A DNA stretch of 63,003 bases, filler included, from Circinaria calcarea (lineage: Eukaryota): assembly GCA_051942165.1 (NCBI GenBank). It is 29 parts of 29 records of this genome, joined end to end, with 100 filler letters (N's around TTAATTAATTAA, not from the genome) between each part and the next. Parts side by side here need not be neighbours in the genome. Positions count along the whole stretch, not along the records: positions 1 to 2,095 come from JAVECS010003895.1; positions 2,196 to 4,288 come from JAVECS010003896.1; positions 4,389 to 6,478 come from JAVECS010003897.1; positions 6,579 to 8,666 come from JAVECS010003898.1; positions 8,767 to 10,854 come from JAVECS010003899.1; 24 more parts are not named here. One strand, 5' to 3'. Positions within the stretch are counted from its first letter, which is position 1, and every line of letters starts with the position of its first letter. This document shows, in pieces, positions 1 to 10,954 of this stretch. Both the position numbers and the translations under genes were made by a program. The notes below the pieces were generated by a model. That model was not told the origin of the DNA. It did no database searches and saw nothing but the letters and a program-made list of their open reading frames with translations.

Positions 1-28
1 ACTTGACGGGCCAGCCCGGATCTCATAC

Positions 29-321
29 CTCGTTCCAACACTCATCATGTCCGTACTGACTTGACTGAGCCCCCTTGCCATTGGCGACTTGCTGACGGCA
101 GCGTGCTCCGCCAACGCTTCACCGATCCATCCATTTTCCCTCTCATCTGCGCCGACGATAACTATCAGATTGTTTCCGGCTGCATCGTATGAATGCAAGA
201 GATTTGTGACGACACGCAACAAGCCGAGGCCGCGCGCAAGTATCACCAGCTCATCTTCCGCTCTGAGCTCCTGGAACAACTCTTCCTGGAAAGATAACGG
301 TAAGGAAATCTTGACTAGCAT
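29..321 (-). CDS. RAD1: DNA repair endonuclease XPF (Rad1/Rad16/Mei-9) homolog, first exon, 3' truncated
   Basis: Manual translation MLVKISLPLSFQEELFQELRAEDELVILARGLGLLRVVTNLLHSYDAAGNNLIVIVGADERENGWIGEALAEHAAVSKSPMARGL matches the recalled N-terminus of Pezizomycotina XPF. GTATGA donor at 28. Absent from the ORF track. Confidence 0.88.
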
Positions 322-1019
322 TTGGCAGCCATTTGACGACAAGATCGACAGGAGACTGTGAGAAAATGTCCGTCAGCTCCGAAGATTCGACCGAGGGCCG
401 CAATTAGAGCGCAATGCTTGGGCTCAGTCTCTGCTCTGTACTGGTACCTTTAGTACGACCGACAATGACCCGTACGGTACATCTCACCTAGAAGTAACGA
501 TAAATTCAGTAGCCGCATTTGGGCTTCTCGATGGCTCAGTAATCATTGCAAGGCGCTAAGAGGGAGCGAAGGGCTGACAGTCATACGTAGTGGCAAACCC
601 CCGACTAATGTAGACATTTCTTTGTCGGCGGAGGGGCAATGTAGATACATCATGACAAAGTATGACCGAGATGCTAGGATTGGAAACAGACTGACAGAGT
701 TGTGGAGTCACATCTCGCCGTGGACGCTGCTCTATATACGTTGACACACTTTCAGGGTATGTACTCAATTATCCAAATATATCCAAGCAATATACCCTGA
801 AGGTCCATCGTCTTCGGGCATAGGAAAGCGGCTGAATTAAAAGAGAGCATTATTGTCATCTTGCAAGTAATCTACGGAAAGCGAATGTGCTCCTGGCCTG
901 CGTACACCTTCCTGCCACTGCGCAGTTGTAACCGACAGCTGTCCCTCTTGTCAATTGCAAAATGTCCATTACCACCAGATTGTTTCCCCGTCTGCTAAAC
1001 GTTACTATGCGCACCCTCT

Positions 1020-1321
1020 TCACTTATTCAACTCCGCCGCTTTTGCCCTGAGTTCCTCCTTCGGTACTACGGGAGGCACGTCATCCATCGTCTGTGGGAT
1101 TGCTGGACCTTTGGACTGAAAGTCTTTCATTTGGGGCTTTACGGGAGTATCCTCGCTGTCATCTAAAGACGCCGGTCAATGTCATTGAGCGCATAAAGCA
1201 GGCTTTGACACTTACGACGGGGGTGATCACTGGCAGTCGACCCTGTAGCGCTTGAAGGATTCTTCGCAACGGTCTCAGTGATACCCGACGGGGCTTCTTC
1301 TTCTGATGGGAGAACAGGCAT
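1020..1321 (-). CDS. Small two-exon protein (82 aa) of unknown function
   Basis: Exon 1 is 1321-1216, a 53-nt GTAAGT...TTTAG intron spans 1215-1163, and exon 2 is 1162-1020. Spliced 249 nt, open to TGA: MPVLPSEEEAPSG...KGPAIPQTMDDVPPVVPKEELRAKAAELNK*. Confidence 0.75.
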
Positions 1322-1843
1322 GGTGCTAGTGGGTTCAAGTAAGCTTGGTAGAATATTATGGTTGATCGGACTTTGCTTGAGAGAGTATTCTCCAGTGAAG
1401 AGACATATCTAATTGATGAGGCAGATAGCTCCGCGCTGACGTGCCACTTCGCCTACAAGCCTTGGCGGTGGGCACGTACCACAGGAGATGCTCGTTATGC
1501 CGCATACGAAGTAGATGCTATCAATCAGCACGTTACACCTTCAGAACGCTCATCAGGAAGACTCCAGTATTATGCCTTCCCCATCACTTGCTGCTCGAAT
1601 ATATTCACTACCTAGTTTACGTTAGGGTCACTCCATACGACAGTTAACAAGGCGATTGGAGAGCACACCCTGCAGCCGATCATAGCTGTGCTCTCTGCCT
1701 TCAAGAAACCATTTTCCTTTACTCCGTAGGATTCGAAGCATCTTTTTTCTGACAACACATGGCTGAAGTTGATATCAACCCGAACTAGTCTATATCAGCG
1801 CCGTCTATTCTTTAAACTCGCCAGGTATTCGGCTTATGCAGCC

Positions 1844-2053
1844 ATGCCTTCTGTACTGACCGACCATGACAAGGAGACGGTCAAAAGAACGGTGCCAAAG
1901 TCTGCCAATAAAATACATGCCGTAGCAGTTGCGCGGCTCTACATCGCCTATCCCAACAAGCAACAATGGACCTACACAGGACTGCAAGGTGCCGCTGTCC
2001 TGGCCAACGACTTGATCGGAAACACCTTCTGGATCAAGCTGGTGGACGTCTCG
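1844..2053 (+). CDS. LAS17: WASP/Las17/Wsp1 homolog, first exon (WH1 domain start), 3' truncated
   Basis: MPSVLTDHDKETVKRTVPKSANKIHAVAVARLYIAYPN...WTYTGLQGAAVLANDLIGNTFWIKLVDVS is the fungal WH1 N-terminus. GTATGC donor at 2054. Confidence 0.9.
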
Positions 2054-2095
2054 GTATGCTTCTATCTTGAATATTATACGGCCGATACTTCTAGG

Positions 2096-2195
2096 NNNNN
2101 NNNNNNNNNNNNNNNNNNNNNNNNNNNNNNNNNNNNNNNTTAATTAATTAANNNNNNNNNNNNNNNNNNNNNNNNNNNNNNNNNNNNNNNNNNNN
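2096..2195. other. Artificial contig spacer (first of 28)
   Basis: 44N-TTAATTAATTAA-44N. Further spacers start at 4289, 6479, 8667, 10855, 13042, 15228, 17414, 19599, 21783, 23967, 26149, 28327, 30504, 32679, 34852, 37025, 39197, 41368, 43538, 45705, 47872, 50038, 52203, 54365, 56526, 58687 and 60848. Confidence 0.99.
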
Positions 2196-2910
2196 ATAAA
2201 AGGCAAGGGAAGGGGAGAGGGGAGGAGAGGTCTTGGTAGGACGTAGGGTGGCTTTTAGTAGGTTTTTTATTTTTATTTTTATTTTGGAGAGAAAGATGGG
2301 GGGAGGAGAGGGAAGAGAGGTGGCTAAATAACAGGATGATGATGATAGGAATTAGCCGTGGAAGCTAAATAGAAAGCCTCAGGCACGCATACTTTGGAGT
2401 GGAGTGGAGTGGAATGGAGTGGAGTGGTTTGGCACAGCGGAACCAGCTGGTGTGATGGAGATCTGCCACCATGATTTGGAGTGAGAATTATCACCAGGGG
2501 GAATCAAACCGTGCACGATCCGGATCGCCTGCTCAAACTAGATATCTAGTTCTGTCGATCTGATCTAAAGTATGTTTGGTACAAGCGGAATCACTGTTAT
2601 GTTATCCTGATCAGTTCATAAGATATTGAATTGTACGACTAATCGAAAGGGACAACTTCACACCGCCGAACACAAGACGACAGATGGTACTCTTGCGGAT
2701 GAAACATTGGACATTGGGAAATTTTTCAATTTATCAATGGAATGGGAATGCAATGCAGCGAAATGGACGAAAAGGACGGCTAATGGATCAAACAATTTTC
2801 CTTTTCAAAGCGAATCGATGGTTGGAACATGCAGTCAAAACAGATCGAGTAGCGGAATCATGCAGAAGAACTACATCCTTCATAAAACGAGTTTCCAAAG
2901 TCGACAACAA

Positions 2911-3903
2911 TCATGCGTGCATTAAACGTTGCTGTCTTCCGTGTTGCGGAAAGTTATGATACCCATGTTCGATCCTTCTTGGGCCTCCATGATGGTGATG
3001 CGCACCCTGGATGAAGTGATTATGATGGTGATAGTCATCGTAGTCATCGTCGTTATTGGAGCTACTATCGCTGTAGCCACCGTCTGACTCGTTGACGTAA
3101 ACCCGGCCCTCCTCTCGCGCCTCCAGGAGCTCTCGAGTGTGGTAATTCAGACCGTTCTTAAGCCCTCCCGCGCCTCTATGGCCGCCCCGGTCGCCCTTGA
3201 TGACCATAGCCCCATGACCCCGCCGTTCCCATGGGTGTTGCGCAATGGTTTGGTGGTTACGACCGTTTTTCTGTTCAAATAATAAATGGAGACAATTAAC
3301 CGTTCGATCGGAAAGACAACCGTTGCTGCAGTTGTTCCTCCCACAAGCATGACGGACAAGTGGTGCCACATCTTTTTGATGCTGAACGAGGCAAGATATA
3401 TAGGGCATGGGATCTCCACCATCCATTAGATCGAGCGCTCTCACGTATGTGAGCCACTGTGGTGAGGTGCTCCGCATAATCTCCTCACAATGGCGGGTGA
3501 AGAAGGTCGACATGAGGGTGAAGATTGTTTCACAGCATCCAAAGACTTCTGGACCCAATATCTGGGCCAACGCTGTAAAAACCTGCAGTGTACTGACCGA
3601 GCTCTGCACCCCTCGTTGACGCCACTGTCGGTCTTTCTTCCACAGATCTTCGAGCGCGTCGAGAAGTGCTGTTGATTTACCGTACTGCTCAATCTCTCTA
3701 AGGTGGGTGGACAGGTACGAGAAAGCTGTTCGAGTGTGACTGCCCCGGAAGAGTGAGTGAGTCCGCAGGTCTAGAAATGGAATCCGGCCATAATTAGAGG
3801 CTAGAGCCGGTAGACGCTGCTCGACGACTCTCCAATCAATCACTATGCACCTCTTGAGGATTTGTATGTGTATCCGTTCAGGGTTATGATTGTTCCTCGG
3901 CAT
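2911..3903 (-). CDS. Hypothetical intronless 330-aa protein with Asp/His-rich tail
   Basis: Long ATG-to-stop ORF with a globular-looking N-terminal two thirds and a DDDDYDDYHHHNH tail. No family recognised. Confidence 0.65.
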   Translation of the reverse strand: MPRNNHNPERIHIQILKRCIVIDWRVVEQRLPALASNYGRIPFLDLRTHSLFRGSHTRTAFSYLSTHLREIEQYGKSTALLDALEDLWKKDRQWRQRGVQSSVSTLQVFTALAQILGPEVFGCCETIFTLMSTFFTRHCEEIMRSTSPQWLTYVRALDLMDGGDPMPYISCLVQHQKDVAPLVRHACGRNNCSNGCLSDRTVNCLHLLFEQKNGRNHQTIAQHPWERRGHGAMVIKGDRGGHRGAGGLKNGLNYHTRELLEAREEGRVYVNESDGGYSDSSSNNDDDYDDYHHHNHFIQGAHHHHGGPRRIEHGYHNFPQHGRQQRLMHA

Positions 3904-4827
3904 CGTAGCAGGTTTCGCTCAAAAGTAAGCCGGTGGTGTATACGATTCTAGGAATATATGGGGACCTGGAATGTGCTAGTCGATGTTGGTACGCTCGAGA
4001 TAGAGAGGACAACTGACTTGTGAGGGAGATGCTCAGATCAAAGGGAAGAAGATAGTCATGTTAATTAGTCTTATAGACTTCGCTAAAATGTAGACAAACC
4101 TGGTGTAACAGTAAGCTGCTAGAAAGGCATGGCTATGCATGGTTTGCCAGCCCTAATATGCAGGTATATACGAATAATCAAGCCCGGTGCGTGACAAACA
4201 TCATGCTTTCGCCGCAATTTTGGACAGCGTTGGGACATGAAATCGTTAGAGAGAAGACATTGAATCTGTTCCGATCGACGACCCTCGANNNNNNNNNNNN
4301 NNNNNNNNNNNNNNNNNNNNNNNNNNNNNNNNTTAATTAATTAANNNNNNNNNNNNNNNNNNNNNNNNNNNNNNNNNNNNNNNNNNNNGAGGGGAGGGGT
4401 TTGCATTGTTTGATGTTGGTGAGGAAGGGGGGAGTTGGAGGTGTGGAAGTGGGAATTCTGGGTGTGGTATCATGTGATTTGGAAGGAGTAAACGGTGGTT
4501 TGATTGCGTTTTCAAGAATGAAACGTTGATGTTGTGTTGCAGTTTAACTCCGTACCACAGGCGATTACGAGTCCAATGGTGAAATAATTTAATTTAAGCG
4601 AAATAGCAAACGGCTAGAATAACCGGTGTTCACGTGCTTTTTGGCCAGCAAAGAAGGGCTGGAATGAAGCAGCGTACTACGTAGTAGAATGGGGGAAGCA
4701 AAGCAGGACAGGGGGCATATCTCCAACGCAGACCCACGAACCCCCTTCTACCGCATTCCTACCCCTAGCCCCCCTTTTCACCCGGGAAGAATTCGATCTG
4801 CGCTCCCGTCCCGGGGCCTTTGGAGCA

Positions 4828-5046
4828 TGTAAGGGCTCTACCGGAGAACCCCTACGAACCCTACGGGGGAACTATACACCGAGGTCACGAGGGTTGGCTT
4901 AGCGAGAAAGGTTTTCCTCGCGAAGCGTTACACGAGAACTCTTTAGCAATAATTCATATACTGATGCGAACCAACTAAGCTCATTATCACACAATTCACC
5001 GACCCTTATCGTAAGATCATTATACTATTCGTAAAGGATCCTTACA
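4828..5046 (+). mobile_element. Solo LTR, family A copy 1 (219 bp, probably Ty3/gypsy)
   Basis: TGTAAG...CTTACA termini with an exact 5-bp target-site duplication GAGCA (4823-4827 and 5047-5051). Homologous to three other copies in the window. Confidence 0.92.
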
Positions 5047-5399
5047 GAGCACCGCTTCATAAAACGTCAGAATCCACGAAACACGTGTGATGTGCTCGCA
5101 TACTTCTTGCCTACGCCGCGTGTGGCACGGGATATATACTCATACTCATCCTAACCAGGTAGCTAACTGGGAAAAACTAAAACCTACCTGGCCCTGGACC
5201 TGGACGTATCCTCTAGCTTTTTCGATATCACCCGGCCGCGTTCTCGGAAATTAGCCCTCGACTTTTACTAAAAATAATAATAATAATAATAATAATATAT
5301 TTTATGGACAAATCATTGTTTATACACCAAAATCCGCGCCTTATTGCCAAGTTTGATACAATGCTGATTTATGCATTTTTTTTGCCTAGATATAATCGG

Positions 5400-5558
5400 A
5401 ATCTCCGCAAAGAATCTTTCGGGATAATTAACGAAAATTCCGTAGTAAATTAGAATTTCGGATTCTGTTTGTATATAGAATCTATGGGAATCCCAAGAAA
5501 TTTTCGTATAAAGGCAGTATTTCGTTAATACCCGATTCGTTATAGCGAGAGCTTACTG
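5400..5558 (-). mobile_element. Possible single terminus of a pogo/Tigger-like DNA transposon or MITE
   Basis: Minus strand reads TA|CAGTAAGCTCTCGCTATAACGAATCGGGTATTAACGAAAT, with repeated TAACGAA motifs in AT-rich DNA. No partner TIR found in the contig. Confidence 0.4.
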
Positions 5559-5776
5559 TAGAGTGGAGGGGGCGGTGCGGATAAAAACAGGGGGGAGCAG
5601 ACGGGTACGAGACGGGACGGGACAAGATAGAAGACGGGGAGTGAAGTGAAGTTGAGGTATTATGTAGGTTTCGGTGTAAATATCTTTCCAAGTTGCTTTA
5701 TATGATGGTATCTGGGTTTTATACGAGGTTATCAAACTCTTCCAGCTCCCTCGAGTGCTCACCGTGGAAAATGGAT

Positions 5777-6478
5777 TCACGTCCCCGACCCCGAACCATG
5801 GAACTCATGCCCCCTTTCCCGTGTCCCTGTCCTCGAATCGGCCATCTCGTACGCGACATCTGGATTCCCCATCTCGTGCACGAGCCGCGAGCCGCCATCG
5901 GTCTTAGTGCCATTCACGTCGTGCTAATTCCATACCTTGGAAGTTTAAGTTAAACTTTTTCTTGGGGGGGGGGGGGTTTCAAAGATGAGGCGAACATACA
6001 TTTGAGATGCCTGAGGATTTACAGGCATATAGTTGTTACCCATTTGCAAACGTCTAGTGCGGGCTTTCTTTCTGGCGAGAAACCAGGCACCTACAACGAG
6101 GATGACTAGAGTGGCTCCGAGACCAACACCGACGCCTATGCCGATCTTTGCGCCGGTGCTGAGCGAGGGCGAAGGTAATGGACTTGGGGTAGTTGTGCTC
6201 GCGCTAGAACTACTCGAAGTCGCCGCGCTTGATGTAGTTGAGGTGACTGCTGAGCTGCTTAACGCCATGCCGATGATGTTTGCGATAGTAGTCCCTTCGC
6301 CCTGGTTGCAGCAGGTCGTATTTTTCTCGCCACAGCAATAGCTTCCATCCGGGCACTCAAGGATAAAGACATTATTCTGCGTATAATCACGGAACTCGTC
6401 GTTATTTTCTCCTGTAATTCCTAACTGTCAGCCCCACGCGCAACCAATTTACACTATACTCCTATTATGAGCCTGTCT
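5777..6478 (-). CDS. Single-pass cell-surface membrane protein (Cys motif, Ser/Thr stalk, Mid2/SKG6-type TM helix), 5' truncated
   Basis: CPDGSYCCGEKNTTCC, then an S/T-rich stretch, then LSTGAKIGIGVGVGLGATLVILVVGAWFLARKK. A probable last exon has VHEM..AYEM..HEF motifs ending at TGA 5777. Splicing of the last intron is uncertain. Confidence 0.7.
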
Positions 6479-6578
6479 NNNNNNNNNNNNNNNNNNNNNN
6501 NNNNNNNNNNNNNNNNNNNNNNTTAATTAATTAANNNNNNNNNNNNNNNNNNNNNNNNNNNNNNNNNNNNNNNNNNNN

Positions 6579-8114
6579 ACTTTCTATAGTGCTGCTACCG
6601 CTGGTCTTTTGCTTTCTTGAGCTTAAAACCGGAGGACTAAACATTCCAGCCATTCCCATACCGCCGCTCATCTTTGCCATTCGATCTCTGATTTCTAAAC
6701 GTCTTTTGACTTCTGGGTCCATATCCTCATTTTCCCCCTCTTCCTCATCCTCTTCTTCTTCTTCTACCTCCTCCTCATCCGTATCTCTGTCTTCCTTATC
6801 GGCTTCTTCAGGGGGCTTTTGGGGTGTATTAGGACCACGCTGAGGAAGAGCAGGCAATTTCGTACGTGGTCTTTCCCCAGTGTCATCCTTACCGATAGAA
6901 ATATCATCGCCGTCTTCTGTATCACCAGCACCAGATTGATCAGCGTCGTTGCCGTCGGTAAAAATCTCTTGCGATTGAACCGTCGGACTTGTTGCTGGCG
7001 TTGCGTCCTTAGATTTACGTCGCCTGGTGGAAGAGCGTGTGCGGGAATGGACCTCGTGGCTCGGTTGTACGGGAAGGTCTACACCAGTGTCGCCATGATT
7101 AGGCGTTTCCGAGTCTTGCCCGTCAGCAGTGCTTTCTAAATTTCCTGCGGTTTGAGACGAGTCTGTCCGCTTTTTGGGCGGTCGCCTGGGCTTCTCTTTT
7201 TTCTGAGCTGTCTCCGCATGTCGGGCTGCTTGCTCCATCTGCTGCTTTTGTAGCAAGGCAATTCTTTCTTTCAGACTAGTAGGCTTTGGTGGATCTTCGG
7301 TATCAACATCAGCAGCTGCAGCTGGCGGAGGAGGAAGCGGACTGGATAGGCCGGTGTCAACAGGATCATTAGAGGTCGGCGATGACATCTCCTCTTCCCT
7401 TCGAAATACCTTCTGTGGTGGAGGTTCACGAGGTGGAGGGACATAAGCATTTTTACTCGGTGGTGGTGCTACAAACGGCTTTTTGATGAACCCCAAGCCA
7501 CCAGATTGACTGAGTCCGCTGGGCTTTGTGGGCGCGACAGGAGGGGCAGCGGGTTTGTTGAATGCCGCGATTCGATCTCTAAAGGATCCAACTGCAGGTT
7601 GGTCCTCAACGGGTGGAGGCTTAGGCTTCGAGAATGTAGGGTTTGCCGGCTTTGCAGGGGCCTTGTAAGAAGACGTCATATCAGATCCACCCGAACCTCT
7701 GACTTGGGGCTGCGAATCGGACTGGTCCACTGGAAGGTTGGACACCTTTGCGATCGAAGGTTCATCAACGAGGGACTTCTGTAAGGGGCTCGTTATAGCA
7801 TCCTCAACATGTGCTTTCTCGGATGTCTCGTGTTCCGCAGGCTCCTTAAGATCCGGGGCATGTTCAAGTTCCTTTTTAGGACGTGTCGACCGTGAGGGCC
7901 TTGGTGGAGTTTCTGGTTCATATCTCTCGACGAAGTTGCGGGGGAAAAGACCTTGGTGTTTGCTACCATCAGAGCCTACATACTCCCCGCAGTACCAATC
8001 CGCGTCTTCTTCATCGGTCACAGTGATGACTTGCCCATTGGGAAAGCTGAGGTCGTCATCGTGTGGAGAGGCGTAATCATAAACCGCCTTCACTCTAAAG
8101 GGTGGTGCACCCAT
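6579..8114 (-). CDS. BBC1: SH3-domain actin-patch protein Bbc1/Mti1 homolog, 3' truncated
   Basis: N-terminal SH3 (FRVKAVYDY...DDLSF...DWY...GLFPRNFVE), a proline-rich region, SFRDRIAAFNK, SLKERIALLQKQQ and EIRDRMAKMSGGMGM motifs. Confidence 0.85.
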
Positions 8115-9011
8115 ACTTTCGACACCGCCTTCAGAAGGTACTCCAGATTACGCCGCAGAAAAATATCGTGTAAGACGGATGGGCTGTTAAGCGTCACCGA
8201 GATTGTGTGTCCATGTGTGGCTATCGGTATCTTCGTAGTCGGGCCTCTACTCTAGACGTTAAACAATGCGGCACACCTGGAATTGCTACCCATACCTTAC
8301 GATACTGCTGTACTCTAAAGAGCAGGAGGTGTACAAATAAGCACTTGGAATTAAAATGCAAGCAAAAGTCCTCCGCTATAGTTGCCGTCAACTACGCAGT
8401 GAATAATGGACGCCTGGAGGGGGAGTTTACCATCGGATGAAGACCTCCCACTTCACCCGAGCCTTCGCCAAGACATCCAGGGTATCCTCATCACCTTCTC
8501 CCTCGCTCAACTTCAATCTCTACTCAAGTTTCTCAGTCTTAGGGTTGCACTCAGCAGATCTTCAGCAGAATTAGGGCGTCTACGTCTACCAGAAGTCTAG
8601 TTGACAGACAATCCTAAATATGGTCAAGTCAATCCTGAAGAAGAATCCGCAAGCCTCCAGCACACCNNNNNNNNNNNNNNNNNNNNNNNNNNNNNNNNNN
8701 NNNNNNNNNNTTAATTAATTAANNNNNNNNNNNNNNNNNNNNNNNNNNNNNNNNNNNNNNNNNNNNCATTGTCTATCCATCTGTCCCCTATTCCCCCCTC
8801 TCCCTTCAATACAACCTCGAACCCAACCCCATATATTTCACCCTTACGTCCCTCGAGAATAGCCCATATACGGCCCCGCCCTGTAATCTAGGTAATTATA
8901 TAAAATCTTTCCCCCCCCCTTTTCTTAAGGGCGCTGTAATCCTTGGGGCCTATTAAGGAATATGATACGTCCCGATTAGTGATAGCACGGTTATATAAGG
9001 TATAGTTAAAC

Positions 9012-9290
9012 TGTTGCCCTAGGCTTAATATAAAAGGAGTATATTGAGCTTATTATGGTTCTATAAGCATGCTATTCTAAAGAGCGGGAATAGCCTGTTT
9101 ATATAGTGCCTTGAGCACGCTGAGCACGCTGAGCACTACTCTGCTCACTCCGCTCACCCTATTCACCCTAAGCACCTTGAGCACTCGGAGCACTGTCCTG
9201 CTCCCTCTGCTCACTCTGCTCACTTCGCTACGCGAACCCCACTAGCCTACCTAAGGCTTAATCTCGTGGTATGGCGCCAGCGCCATAACA
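9012..9290 (-). mobile_element. Probable LTR, family C copy 1, with internal 9-bp repeat array
   Basis: Plus strand runs TGTTGCC...CGCCATAACA. An exact 37-nt block (9061-9097) is shared with 15361-15397, along with the same terminus. No clear TSD, so the left boundary is uncertain. Confidence 0.65.
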
Positions 9291-9343
9291 TTATTCCGTG
9301 AGTAGTATTTTATATCACAATTATTACTATAATATACCTCTAT

Positions 9344-10810
9344 CTATTCGAGCACCACAACCCCCATACTTCTCCAGAAATCACACTTATTCCCTTCTAA
9401 GGATCCTTTACGAATAGTGTAATAATCTTACGAATAAGGGTCGGTAAACTGTATAATAATATGCTTAATTGGTTCGTATAGCGTATAAATTATTACTAAA
9501 GAATTCTGGTGTAACGCTTCGCGAGGAAAACCTTTCTCGCTAAGCTAATACCTCGTGACCTCGGTATATAGTTCACCCGTAGGGTTCCTAGGGGTTCTCG
9601 GGTAGAGCCCTTACATCTCTTTTCCTCCCTCCGATGTATAAGCATTTACCAGCGTAAAATCATTTCTTTAATCCCGGGTCTCTGTACTCAGTCGTATATC
9701 CCACCAGGGGAACATCCACAGTGGAGTATGATTGGCCTCCGGTTTCATTGAGGTTGATCTGGTAAGGTGAGGTGTTGGAATAGCGTGGCCAAGTCGAAGC
9801 GGGATTAGGCGTTATGGTGTCATTGCTACTTGGGCCGTTTACGATGAAGGAGAGGATCGATGGATTATTGTGTATGATAAAATTCCCCCAGATAGCTATT
9901 AAATCGAATTATTAATAAGCAGTCATACTCGGCTGGCTTACTAATAAACGTACTCATAAAGGCTCTTTCAAAGTCAGGTCCCTGATACGGGGCTGGGGGT
10001 CCAAAATAACCCGTTATATCTGCGCCATGCTGGGCACCACCGACAGAGTATTGATACTTGTAGGCTTCTCGGCCGTTGTCCGTAAAAGCCTCTGCCGACC
10101 AGTACAAAGGACATACAAAAGTGATCTCGGCGTAGAGGTTCTGTGACGAGCTTAGAATGCGTTGAGATTTACGGGCTCCAACTGTACTCATATTGGCACG
10201 TTGTTGCTGCCCAGTACCAAAACTGCTCTGGTTAAGTGCCGTAGCACCCGTGTAACCTGATTTCGCATATTCCAGGGCATTTACATCCACCGAAGCATTA
10301 GTAGAAGAACAATATAGAAGGATTTTAGAAATATCATCGTATGTAAAAGTGGGAATGTTTGGCGAAGAAACTTGATAAAGTCGTCCTGGGTCAAAATATT
10401 TTGCGGTGTAAGAAGAGGACCCTCGTTGACGTTGTTCTGCCGAGGATATCAGCTTAAGTATAAAATATGGCGAACTAAAGCGCTATACCCCAGAAAGCAT
10501 TCTAACGCCGTTAACCTATTTTCTTAACAGTTGCTGGCTCGGTAACTGTTGAATAAAGGAGCCATATATAACTGGAAGGAAAGACAATATTACATACTTT
10601 CCCGACGCAGAAATATATGCGCTAACATTCTGCAACGTTTCCGTATCTTTACCCACGAGGCACTAGAAGATGGTTTGGCGCGCATTGCGATTACCAAAAG
10701 CAAGGTCGTCGAAACAACCCACGGTTTGAGCAAAAGCGTAATACGATTGGGAGGGAACAAAGTCCGCATAGCCGTATTGCATTGGTAAATATGGTGAGGC
10801 TGCAATGGCC
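9344..10810 (-). pseudogene. Type-B carboxylesterase (COesterase) pseudogene interrupted by a solo LTR, 5' truncated
   Basis: AIAASPYLPMQYGY..., NNVNEG, AEITFVCPLYW...YQYSV...HGAD motifs. In-frame TAG stops at 10663-10665 and 10516-10518, a 1-nt frameshift near 10345, and a terminal exon split by the LTR at 9396-9615. Confidence 0.85.
9396..9615 (-). mobile_element. Solo LTR, family A copy 2
   Basis: Reverse-orientation homolog of 4828-5046. Flanks TCCCT/TCTCT form a TSD with one transition. Many TpG>TpA and CpA>TpA differences. Confidence 0.9.
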
Positions 10811-10954
10811 TAATTCAGTCACTTAGAGATGCACAATCCAAGAAGGAGGGTCACNNNNNNNNNNNNNNNNNNNNNNNNNNNNNNNNNNNNNNNNNNNNTT
10901 AATTAATTAANNNNNNNNNNNNNNNNNNNNNNNNNNNNNNNNNNNNNNNNNNNN

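Noticed and set aside
8620..8666. Possible gene start MVKSILKKNPQASST, divergent from BBC1
   Set aside because: Only 15 codons before the contig end, too short to support.
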